Virus record (IMG/VR): IMGVR_UViG_3300015201_000001
Location: 1-43,920 of that record
Direction: 5' to 3' (one strand)
DNA from: a virus
Lineage: Duplodnaviria > Caudoviricetes
DNA length: 43,920 bases
In this document: positions 16,347 through 24,325 of the stretch, one piece after another
How the letters are laid out: each line of letters starts with the position of its first letter
How positions within the stretch are numbered: position 1 is the stretch's first letter
Notes under the pieces: model-generated
Told to the model about the DNA's origin: nothing
The model's input: the letters and a program-made list of their open reading frames with translations, nothing else
Databases searched by the model: none
Position numbers and translations under genes: made by a program

Positions 16347-17062
16347 CCGATCAACTGGACTACCTGATGCCCTCGCTGTCCACCCGCCCGGATCGAGTGA
16401 CCCCCAGGGCATCTGTCCCCGGACGTCTGTGTGCTCCGTTCATCAACGGGGCCACCCCCCGGCACACCGGCCCTGTCCTCCTGGGGTACCCGGTCCGGAC
16501 GGACTGTCCCGCCAAGACGCACAACACGCTGCACGCCGCGCGGGAGTACCCCCGGGGCCAGCGGTGTATCTGTCCCGGGGCCAAGATCAAGAAGGAGGCC
16601 CACCGGCTGAAGGACCGGGCCTCCCAGAATGCCCGCCTCCAGGCCGCGCGGGACAAGGCGGCAGCGTCCCCCGTCCCGCCGCCGGTCCGGGAGGACCCGG
16701 TGGTCCAGGCCATCATGGCGAGCCTGCCCGCTCGATCGGTCCAGGACCGCCAGGACCACCTGATGACCACGGGCCGGGACCCGCTGGCGCCCGCCTGCAA
16801 GGTCAAGGCCCTGGGCGGGGAGCTGGAGAACCACCAGGCGGACGACTTCTACGACGAGACCAACAGTCTGCTGGGCGCGCGGGCGCGGGCCAGGTCCAAG
16901 GCCGTGTGCCGGACCTGCCCCATCCAGTACGAGTGCCTGACGGCCGCAGTCGAGCGCGGCGAGGCCATGGGCGTCTGGGGCGGCCTGACCGCCAAGGAGC
17001 GCCGGGACCCCATCCGCGTCGCGGTGGAGCTGCGCGCGATCAACAGGGAGGTGACCGCATGA
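16343..17062 (+). CDS. whiB: WhiB-family transcription factor with N-terminal extension
   Basis: C...AVCRTCPIQYECL...GVWGGLT.KER. Confidence 0.88.
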   Translation: MTDQLDYLMPSLSTRPDRVTPRASVPGRLCAPFINGATPRHTGPVLLGYPVRTDCPAKTHNTLHAAREYPRGQRCICPGAKIKKEAHRLKDRASQNARLQAARDKAAASPVPPPVREDPVVQAIMASLPARSVQDRQDHLMTTGRDPLAPACKVKALGGELENHQADDFYDETNSLLGARARARSKAVCRTCPIQYECLTAAVERGEAMGVWGGLTAKERRDPIRVAVELRAINREVTA

Positions 17063-17544
17063 GGCGGGACGTGGTGCACTACCGGTCCGGGGACGCCATT
17101 GTCCGGGGACCGGAGCCCCGGCTGGGCCGGACGATGACGGACCTGGTGCTGGCCCCGGCGGGGACAGAGGACTGGGAAGGCCCCGTCCAGGAGCTGAGGG
17201 CGCGCCTGCGGGACGAGGCCAGGGACCGCAGGGTCAAGCCCTACGGGGACATGCTGTCCCGTCCTGGGCTGCCCAGGGGCTGGGGCGTGATGCGGGTCTA
17301 CCTGACCGACCTGCGGCCGGTGCAGCGCAAGCGCCGGACCTGGCCCTGGGTGGCCGGTGGCGTCGCTGCGGCCGTGGCCGGTGTCGGGGCCCTGGGCTGG
17401 TGGCTCTGGGTCCAGACCGCCGCCCTGCTGGCCGGAGTCTCGATGTCCGGAGTCATCGGCGCGGTGGCGGTCATCGCCCTGCTGCTGGCCCTGGGCGGGG
17501 GGACCACGGTGGTGGTCATCACGAAGGTCACGGTTCGCCGTTGA
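17059..17544 (+). CDS. Membrane protein
   Basis: ATGA overlap, GGAGG RBS, two C-terminal hydrophobic helices. Confidence 0.7.
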   Translation: MRRDVVHYRSGDAIVRGPEPRLGRTMTDLVLAPAGTEDWEGPVQELRARLRDEARDRRVKPYGDMLSRPGLPRGWGVMRVYLTDLRPVQRKRRTWPWVAGGVAAAVAGVGALGWWLWVQTAALLAGVSMSGVIGAVAVIALLLALGGGTTVVVITKVTVRR

Positions 17545-17569
17545 CGGACCAACAGGTCCGGGGTACAGT
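17537..17569 (+). promoter_or_regulatory. SigA-type promoter with palindromic operator
   Basis: TTGACG-17-TACAGT; GCCGTTGA-CGGA-CCAACAGG. Confidence 0.75.
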
Positions 17570-17614
17570 GAGGGGGACGGGGCAACCTGGCCCCCTCTCC
17601 CGTTGGAGGACACG

Positions 17615-17734
17615 GTGGAGATCTACTGCGAGGACTGTGACCGCCTGGACCACAAGGTCACCCAGGACGAGGCCCGCGCCCACGAGCTGTCCACCGGCCA
17701 CGAGGTCATCATCCACATCAAGGAGAAGTCATGA
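17615..17734 (+). CDS. Small CxxC/HH zinc-finger protein
   Basis: GGAGG RBS; CEDC...HELSTGH. Confidence 0.65.
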   Translation: MEIYCEDCDRLDHKVTQDEARAHELSTGHEVIIHIKEKS

Positions 17735-17937
17735 TCACTGTTACCTGGTTTGAGAGCGGGCGCCTGCTCACCAACACCTTCCAGGATGGCGAGCAACTGG
17801 CCGCCGCCAAGAACATCTGGCGCATCCAGCAGGACGAGCGCCTGGACCTGATCTTCGTGGTGGGGGACTCCGCCGACACCACGGCCAGCTTCAAGACCTG
17901 GGCGGCCAGCCTGTCCCCGGTCAAGGTGACGTGGTGA
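17731..17937 (+). CDS. Hypothetical protein
   Basis: AAGGAG RBS, ATGA overlap. Confidence 0.7.
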   Translation: MITVTWFESGRLLTNTFQDGEQLAAAKNIWRIQQDERLDLIFVVGDSADTTASFKTWAASLSPVKVTW

Positions 17938-18233
17938 TCCGCAGCCCGCGCGCTGCGGCGCGCCGCAAGGTGTCCAGGGCCATGGCGGACCTGAAGGCCC
18001 GCGCCACCACGCTCCAGGGCTGGTGGAATTGCACCACCTCCGTCTACGTGACCCCCTCGGAGCGCAAGCCGGGGGACAACGCCTACCTGCGCGAGCGGGC
18101 GCCGGAGGAGTACCCGGAGGCCCAGCGCACCTACTGGAGGGCCACCATCCGGGAGATCGATGCGATGTCCTCGGAGCTGGCCGCCCTGCGGGCGCACTGC
18201 GTGACGGAGCACAACCTGACCGACCTGCCCTGA
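17934..18233 (+). CDS. Hypothetical protein
   Basis: GTGA overlap; GC3-rich codons. Confidence 0.65.
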   Translation: MIRSPRAAARRKVSRAMADLKARATTLQGWWNCTTSVYVTPSERKPGDNAYLRERAPEEYPEAQRTYWRATIREIDAMSSELAALRAHCVTEHNLTDLP

Positions 18234-18238
18234 GATTC

Positions 18239-18281
18239 CTACGGCAGACCTGTTGACGCATCAGCAGGTCTGCCGTAGAGT
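18239..18281 (+). promoter_or_regulatory. Promoter with operator inside an 18-bp inverted repeat
   Basis: TTGACG(18253)-17-TAGAGT(18276); CTACGGCAGACCTGTTGA-CGCA-TCAGCAGGTCTGCCGTAG. Confidence 0.8.
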
Positions 18282-18432
18282 CATGTCTAACACCAGGACA
18301 GCTACCCAGGGAGTGGACATGAGCCGCATCGCAGAGCGCAACTACACCAAGAAGCCCCACACCGCTCGGTGGCTGATGACCTTCCACACTGCTGGCGGCA
18401 CCAACCTGGGCACCCCGGCCAAGGAGGACACC

Positions 18433-19014
18433 GTGACCGACCCGTTTGCCAACGTCCAGGCCGCGCCTGCCGCGCCGGTGGACCGCCGCTCCCCCGCCCA
18501 GGCCGCCCTCATGGAGAAGCTGGCCACGGAGATCGAGGGCCTGGACGCGGAGCTGGGCGCCAAGACCCGGACCTACATCGAGGACAAGACGGCCGCCGGT
18601 GCCTGGGCCAGCGCGGCGCGGGGCGGGGACGCCAGCGCCTGGATTGACAAGATGATCAGCAAGGTCAAGGAGCTGCGGGCCTCCCAGCGCCAGGCCGCCC
18701 CGGCGGTCGCTGAGGAGCTGGAGGACGGCATGTACCTCCTGGACGGTGACGTGATCAAGGTGGTGCACGCCATCCACGGCTCCGGCCGCCAGTACGGCAA
18801 GAAGCTGGTGGCGCCGGAGGCCCCGGGCGAGAATGGCTCCTGGGAGCGCATCCCCGGCGTGGTCAACCGGCTGACCGCCGCGCACAAGCTGGACCTTGCC
18901 AAGGCCATGGAGCTGGGCGCCATCTACGGCTGCTGCGTCCGGTGCGGCCGTGGCCTCACCAAGGAGAGCAGCATCCGCCAGCAGATGGGCGACAAGTGCG
19001 CCGGATCCTTCTAG
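18433..19014 (+). CDS. DUF6011-like zinc-binding protein
   Basis: C-terminal CVRCGRGLT..SS....G.KC; AAGGAGG RBS; alternative in-frame start at 18319. Confidence 0.7.
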   Translation: MTDPFANVQAAPAAPVDRRSPAQAALMEKLATEIEGLDAELGAKTRTYIEDKTAAGAWASAARGGDASAWIDKMISKVKELRASQRQAAPAVAEELEDGMYLLDGDVIKVVHAIHGSGRQYGKKLVAPEAPGENGSWERIPGVVNRLTAAHKLDLAKAMELGAIYGCCVRCGRGLTKESSIRQQMGDKCAGSF

Positions 19015-19023
19015 ACCCCACGA

Positions 19024-19056
19024 GAAACGCCCTCAGCGAACCGCTGAGGGCGTTTC
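19024..19056. terminator. Bidirectional terminator between the convergent arms
   Basis: Perfect 15-bp stem GAAACGCCCTCAGCG/CGCTGAGGGCGTTTC. Confidence 0.85.
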
Positions 19057-19072
19057 CGTGTCCGGGGGTAGG

Positions 19073-19345
19073 TCAGGATGCCCCGGGGCCCCGCAGGCGC
19101 TCCAGGGCGTCCTGAGCGGACTGGGACAGCTTGCTGGGGAGGTGGGCCCTCGCGTAGCCGGAGAAGAACGTCACGGCCGCGAGGAGTGCCGCCGCCGCCG
19201 TGGACGTCAGGCCGTCCGGCACGTGCGCCAGGATTTCGTCCGGGCTGGTCAGCCCGAAGATCACCAGGAGCAGGAAGCTGCCGACACCGGCGGCCGTGGT
19301 GCTGGCCTTGGTCTTGGTCTCGACCTTGCTGGGTTCTGGGGTCAC
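19073..19345 (-). CDS. Holin-like membrane protein
   Basis: Two TM segments, AGGAGG RBS, in the lysis cassette. Confidence 0.65.
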   Translation of the reverse strand: MTPEPSKVETKTKASTTAAGVGSFLLLVIFGLTSPDEILAHVPDGLTSTAAAALLAAVTFFSGYARAHLPSKLSQSAQDALERLRGPGAS

Positions 19346-19635
19346 GGTGTGCCTCCTTGGCAACGGAACAACATGCGTAGCTGCTGCCACGCCTCTCCGG
19401 CCTCACGGCCGGTTTGAGTCGATGGGGTGGAGTAGACCTTGACCATCCGGTCCGCGACCGCGCACACAGCCTGGCGCTGGCGTAGCTCGCCCTCGCGCTG
19501 GGTCTGCTGGACAGCCTGAATGCTGACCACGATGGAGATAGCCATGGCCGCCAGGACTCCGGCCACCACGGTCAGACGGCTGTAGGCCACTGGGTACTTC
19601 AACCCCCGTGCTGCGAAGAATCGACGGAGCGGCAT
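19342..19635 (-). CDS. Lysis-cassette membrane protein
   Basis: One N-terminal TM segment and a Cys pair. Confidence 0.6.
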   Translation of the reverse strand: MPLRRFFAARGLKYPVAYSRLTVVAGVLAAMAISIVVSIQAVQQTQREGELRQRQAVCAVADRMVKVYSTPSTQTGREAGEAWQQLRMLFRCQGGTP

Positions 19636-19916
19636 CAGTTACCCCCCGAAGAGGGTACGGAGGGCGACTCCGGCAATTGCGCCTGTTGCGGCGGCTCCGG
19701 CCCCTGCCGTTGCCCACCAGTACCAAAGCGCAGTGCCAGCGCCTGGAGCACCACCGGGCCGTTGCACAGCAGTCCCGCGAACACCAGCACCCACAGGTTC
19801 GGCCCTTCCGCTGGGCGTTGAAAGGGCGGCACTCCGGTCTCCGACATGGCTACGTAGATTCCCAGCCCGAAGAGGATCGAGTCCCGTATATACGTGGTCA
19901 AGCTGCGCGCGTTCAC
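19635..19916 (-). CDS. Lysis-cassette membrane protein
   Basis: Two hydrophobic segments; TGATG coupling. Confidence 0.6.
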   Translation of the reverse strand: MNARSLTTYIRDSILFGLGIYVAMSETGVPPFQRPAEGPNLWVLVFAGLLCNGPVVLQALALRFGTGGQRQGPEPPQQAQLPESPSVPSSGGN

Positions 19917-19974
19917 TCATGATCCACCTTCCCCCAGGTCCCGATCTTGCACCGGAACAGGTTGCCTCGATGTT

Positions 19975-20009
19975 ACGGCCGGTCCGGTGTATCAAACCGG
20001 ACCGGCCGT
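19975..20009 (-). terminator. Hairpin after the endolysin gene
   Basis: ACGGCCGGTCCGGT/ACCGGACCGGCCGT 14-bp stem. Confidence 0.6.
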
Positions 20010-20023
20010 GCATCTGGACGGGT

Positions 20024-21508
20024 TTAGACCTGCGGGTTTTCCGGGGTCACAGCCGCCAGGATAGCGGTCAGGCTGGACTTGACGCCCTCCAGCTCCACCT
20101 TGACCTCGTCCACCCGGTCACGGACCTGGTAGGCCACCTGGGCGGCCACCTGCGCCCGCTCCAGCGCGGTGGCCGCGCCCACGGTCTCGTTGCCCTTGGA
20201 GGGGTTGGTCAGGTTCTTGACGGACCCGTTGGGGGTCGAGCCGTCCGCGTCCGCGTTGGGGTCGTACGCGAGGATGGCCCAGGCCAGGTCCTCCCGGCCC
20301 TGCGCCGTCCGGACGTAGGTGTGCATGAAGCTGTTGAACTCCGCCTGGGTGGTCACTAGATCCTCTTCCTGTGCTGCGGTGGGGATGACTCCCCACGGAC
20401 GGGTGTCGTTCTCGGCCCTGGTCTCGTACCGCGCGGAGAAGTGCGCATGGCCGGTGTGCTGGTCCGAACCGGTGTACTTAACCGGCCGGAAGTCGTTGTC
20501 CTTGTCGTAGATCTGGCCGTCCCAGATCACATAGTTGAGACGGCACATATCGTTGGGGTCCAGCCATTTGGCCTTCTCCCTCTCGATGACCGCCATCACC
20601 CTGGCGTGGAATCGCGCCTTTTGCTTCTGGGTGGCGGGGCCCGGCCACGGGCCGGTGCTGTCCGTATCGAGCGCGTGGACCTCGTTCTTGTCGTCCGCGT
20701 CGTGGTCCTTCAGGACGCGCGAGTCCTCGTCCGGAGTGTGGTCGCTGGAGGACGTGTGCGCAGTGTCCCCGATCGTGCCGTCTGAGCCCTTGTCCCGGTT
20801 CGGGGACAGCTCATTGAACTCATTGCGCAGTGTCACCAGACACGGCACAACTACCCAGCTTGCCATTGCGTTCTCACCTGACTTTCCGATCATCTGGTCC
20901 CATAGCTTGGGAGAGCGAATCGCGGACTGGGAGACCTCGTGCCCCGCGATGGGGTAGCCGGTGGCCCGGTACTGCATGATGGCCAACTCCGCCCATCCGC
21001 CGTAGCCCTTCCAGTGCGACGAGGTGTCGCCAGGGTAGGCGGGCAGGTAACCGGCGGCCGGTGCGCCCATCAGCCAGCGGGTGGCCGGACGGAAGCCGCG
21101 CGGCTCCCACCACCAGTCCCCGGTATAGGTGATGAAGTCACGGCCCAGGAGCTGCCGCATACGCGCGCAGTAGTCCTGATAGATCTTCTCGGTGGCGTCG
21201 CCCGTGGGGCTTCTCTCCACGTCCACGATGTGCGCCGCGCCGACGTGCAGGCCCAGCGCCTTCATGCGCGCGTAGGCGTACTCCGCCTGTTTGGTGCCGG
21301 TGGCCGTGCCGTCCAGGAAGTGAAACGAGGCCAGCCCCCAGCCACCAGCGCGGCCGTCCTTGACGTACTGGGCCACGCGATCATGCACCGATCGCTGCGT
21401 CAGCCCGTGCGAGACCTTGACGCTGATGATCGAGTGTCCGGCCGCCTTGAGCTGCGCCAGGGTCAGGCTGCCCTGGTAGCTGGCAATGTCCGCCAGTAGC
21501 TGTGTCAC
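20024..21508 (-). CDS. Endolysin: GH25-like muramidase plus His-rich Zn-peptidase-like domain
   Basis: DIASYQG, DVE, YT..WW, MQY (GH25-like); DGTIGD.AH...SDH, HALD, HTGHAHFS. Confidence 0.82.
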   Translation of the reverse strand: MTQLLADIASYQGSLTLAQLKAAGHSIISVKVSHGLTQRSVHDRVAQYVKDGRAGGWGLASFHFLDGTATGTKQAEYAYARMKALGLHVGAAHIVDVERSPTGDATEKIYQDYCARMRQLLGRDFITYTGDWWWEPRGFRPATRWLMGAPAAGYLPAYPGDTSSHWKGYGGWAELAIMQYRATGYPIAGHEVSQSAIRSPKLWDQMIGKSGENAMASWVVVPCLVTLRNEFNELSPNRDKGSDGTIGDTAHTSSSDHTPDEDSRVLKDHDADDKNEVHALDTDSTGPWPGPATQKQKARFHARVMAVIEREKAKWLDPNDMCRLNYVIWDGQIYDKDNDFRPVKYTGSDQHTGHAHFSARYETRAENDTRPWGVIPTAAQEEDLVTTQAEFNSFMHTYVRTAQGREDLAWAILAYDPNADADGSTPNGSVKNLTNPSKGNETVGAATALERAQVAAQVAYQVRDRVDEVKVELEGVKSSLTAILAAVTPENPQV

Positions 21509-21936
21509 GGTTGCGCCCCCTCGGTAACCGGCGGGTCCTCCCCGGCCAGCCTGTTGATGGCGTCCTCAATGGCTGCCAGCCGGTTGCCCAGGCGGCCGGA
21601 GCGCGCCCTGGTCTGCTCCACCGCCGTCAGCCTGACGTCCACCTCACCCAGGCTAGACCGGACGGCCTCCACCTGCTCCGCCAGGTCCCCCGGGGTGTCG
21701 GGAGTCTCCATGCCCACCAGTGTGGCTTCAACAGCGGCCAGCCGCCGGTTGGCCTCCTGGAAGGCTGAGGACAGCTCCGACACCCGCGCCCCCACGGGGC
21801 TGAAGTCGCTGACCGCCTTGGCCAGCCCCTGGCTGACCGCCGTCAGCGTGCGCCCCTGGGCAGCCGCCAGCGACTCGACGGCCTCCAGCCTGGCGGCCAG
21901 CTCCTCGATACTCAGACTCAGCTTGTCAGCAGCCAT
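21505..21936 (-). CDS. Coiled-coil protein
   Basis: Heptad-rich 143 aa; coupled to both neighbours. Confidence 0.7.
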   Translation of the reverse strand: MAADKLSLSIEELAARLEAVESLAAAQGRTLTAVSQGLAKAVSDFSPVGARVSELSSAFQEANRRLAAVEATLVGMETPDTPGDLAEQVEAVRSSLGEVDVRLTAVEQTRARSGRLGNRLAAIEDAINRLAGEDPPVTEGAQP

Positions 21937-22754
21937 CAGACGGGCACCTCTTCCACTCGCATCATGATCCAGTCGTTTCCGTCCCAGCGCATGATCGTTG
22001 CCGTCACGGGCCGGATGCGCGCACGCACGGTGTGGTTGCCAGCCGCCAGGCCGGACACCCGCGCCGTGCCGATCAGCGGGTAATGGACAGCGTTGGCGGC
22101 GAACACCTCCGCATCCACATCGTAGTCCGTGCTGTTGACCCGGACCCCCAGCCGCGCGGCCATCGGTGCCCCGCTATCGATTCGGGCACTCGCCTTTACT
22201 GTGATCTCCAGGTCAGTCTCAGCGCCCGAATACATTTTCGTGAATCCGCCGGGCAATACCGGCCCGATATCCGAATAGGTATTGATGCTAGTGGTGGCAG
22301 TAATGGTTAGCGCCTGGGAATGGAGGAATTTGTGGTTATCGACAATGAGCCGACCATTCCGCACAATGTCCTGTCCCGGCGGCAGGACCAGGCCCTCATC
22401 CGAATCGAAGTAGGCCCCGCCCCCCAGCTCCACGCCGGAGCTGTTGGCATCCGTCCAGAAACCCTGAGTGTCAAAGGAGTTGATCTTTCCCACGATCACG
22501 TAGGTGGTGCCCACCGGCACCATCAGGACGCGGTCCCCCGGCATCGGCACGTAGCCGTTCAGTACCGCGTAGGTCCGCTCCCCCACCTCCGTCTCCCCCT
22601 CGAAACGCACCGTGGGGTAGGGCAACGGGTTGGAGGCAAACGCGTCATACCCCACGGAGATCACAGCCAGCCGGAAGGCCGTGTCGGAGCTGCCGCCGGG
22701 GAGCTGCTGCCCGGCACCCTGGAGGGCCTGAAGCAGGTTCAGAGAGCTGATCAC
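21936..22754 (-). CDS. Minor tail / tail-tip protein
   Basis: Y.PMPGDRVLM.PVGTTYVIVG OB-like N-terminus, beta-rich C-terminus, position. Confidence 0.7.
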   Translation of the reverse strand: MISSLNLLQALQGAGQQLPGGSSDTAFRLAVISVGYDAFASNPLPYPTVRFEGETEVGERTYAVLNGYVPMPGDRVLMVPVGTTYVIVGKINSFDTQGFWTDANSSGVELGGGAYFDSDEGLVLPPGQDIVRNGRLIVDNHKFLHSQALTITATTSINTYSDIGPVLPGGFTKMYSGAETDLEITVKASARIDSGAPMAARLGVRVNSTDYDVDAEVFAANAVHYPLIGTARVSGLAAGNHTVRARIRPVTATIMRWDGNDWIMMRVEEVPV

Positions 22755-23890
22755 AGTTGCACCACCCTACGGGCCGTGTGCCGCATCCTTGCGCCTGCCT
22801 TCAATTCCATGCTCCAGCTCTGCTCCACGTACGGGCTGTTGAGCGCCAGCGGCCCGTACTTCAGCCGGTAGACGTCATTGCCGGAGTGCAGCGGGTTGAG
22901 GCCGGTGTCAAAGTCCACCGACTCGTAGACCTGGCTGGCCTGCGCCAGGTAGTTGTTGGCCTTGGCCTGGAGGAGCGCCAGCGTCGGGACGTCCTGCTCC
23001 TGCCGGATATCGGAGATCACCCGGCCGCGCCGGATGGTGCTCGTGATGCTGGCCGGGTTAGCGTTGGTGGCGATGGCGACCAGCTCCGCCTGGTCCGGGT
23101 TGGACACCACGCAGGTGACCTGGTTGGGGATGCTGGCCAGGTCCAAGGTCTGCTCCATGCCCGGCACCAGCAGACCGTAGTCATCGTCCGCGTACGTCCA
23201 CTCCGCCGTCCGCTTGTCCGGTGTGACGTACGGCGTGACGAGGGCCTGCCCGGTCTCGTTGAACGCCAGGCTGTTGTAGTTGACCATGCCCAGCAGCTCG
23301 TTGATGATCCGCAGCCTGGACACGCCTGGGTCCCAGGACTTGGCCGCCGCCAGCGTCGCGCTGTTGGGGGTGATCACCTTGCTGACGTACGGCCCCAGCA
23401 GAGTGCTGACGGCGCCCACGATGTTGGCCAGCTTCGCCACGGTGTAGCGCCCCGGCGGGCAGTCCTCCGCGTACTGCTGGAGCGCGTCGTATCCCACGAT
23501 GTCCCGGGTCACCAGGCCGGTGGTGTCCGCCTTGCGCTTCGGACTGTTGAGCATGAAGACCCCCAGCGGCCACTCCACCCAGTCGCTGGCCCCCCAGGGC
23601 GCCAGGTGCAGCCGGGCACGCGGCATGATCCGGTCCGTCAGGAAGTTGATCAGGCCGGTGTCCTGGATCGTGAAGGTGGCCGTCCGCTTGATGTCCGACT
23701 GCCAGGACTGCTCCACCCGGCCAGCGATCACGTTGGACATGTCCTCGATCAGCATCCGGTTGTCCCGGTCCAGGAGTGAGTACCGGAAGGACCAGCGCCG
23801 CGTCCCGGACAGGCCGGACAGTGCGGCCTGGATCTCCGTGGCGTTGTGCGCGTTGGGGTTGCGGCCGGACACCGGCACGAGGGTCTGCAC
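22751..23890 (-). CDS. Minor tail (baseplate hub-like) protein
   Basis: Position; WPLGVF and PNQVTCV motifs typical of actinophage tail hub proteins. Confidence 0.72.
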   Translation of the reverse strand: MQTLVPVSGRNPNAHNATEIQAALSGLSGTRRWSFRYSLLDRDNRMLIEDMSNVIAGRVEQSWQSDIKRTATFTIQDTGLINFLTDRIMPRARLHLAPWGASDWVEWPLGVFMLNSPKRKADTTGLVTRDIVGYDALQQYAEDCPPGRYTVAKLANIVGAVSTLLGPYVSKVITPNSATLAAAKSWDPGVSRLRIINELLGMVNYNSLAFNETGQALVTPYVTPDKRTAEWTYADDDYGLLVPGMEQTLDLASIPNQVTCVVSNPDQAELVAIATNANPASITSTIRRGRVISDIRQEQDVPTLALLQAKANNYLAQASQVYESVDFDTGLNPLHSGNDVYRLKYGPLALNSPYVEQSWSMELKAGARMRHTARRVVQL

Positions 23891-24325
23891 TCAGACCACC
23901 ACCGTGGGCGGCACCACGTGCACGCGGGTGAAGGTGAAGGACACGTCCGACCCGTAGGGCTGGTCCGAGAAGCGCAGGCCGGACACGGTCCCCTGAAGGT
24001 TGCGCCCCCGGTTGTCCCGCAGGTGAAGGGTCCGCTTCGCACGCTGCCAGATGTCCAGCTCCTCCAGGGTCGCCTGGTAGTCCACCCCGTGGGGGACAAC
24101 CAGGCGGATGGTCTCCACCTGTGACTCCCCCTCCCCGTAGTCCACCACCGGGAAGACCCGGCCCGCGTACTGGGTCCCCGCCGCGTCCACGTCCACGGCG
24201 TGTTCCCGGCTGTCCGCCCCCCACGGATAGACACGGGTGGTGCTGGCCGGGTCCAGCGGGTCATGCAGCCAGACACCGGCCAGCTTGACGCTGCCGGTGA
24301 CCGGGACACTGTCCGTGTAGCTCAC
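23891..24325 (-). CDS. Minor tail protein
   Basis: Position; LHLRDNRGR motif. Confidence 0.65.
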   Translation of the reverse strand: MSYTDSVPVTGSVKLAGVWLHDPLDPASTTRVYPWGADSREHAVDVDAAGTQYAGRVFPVVDYGEGESQVETIRLVVPHGVDYQATLEELDIWQRAKRTLHLRDNRGRNLQGTVSGLRFSDQPYGSDVSFTFTRVHVVPPTVVV

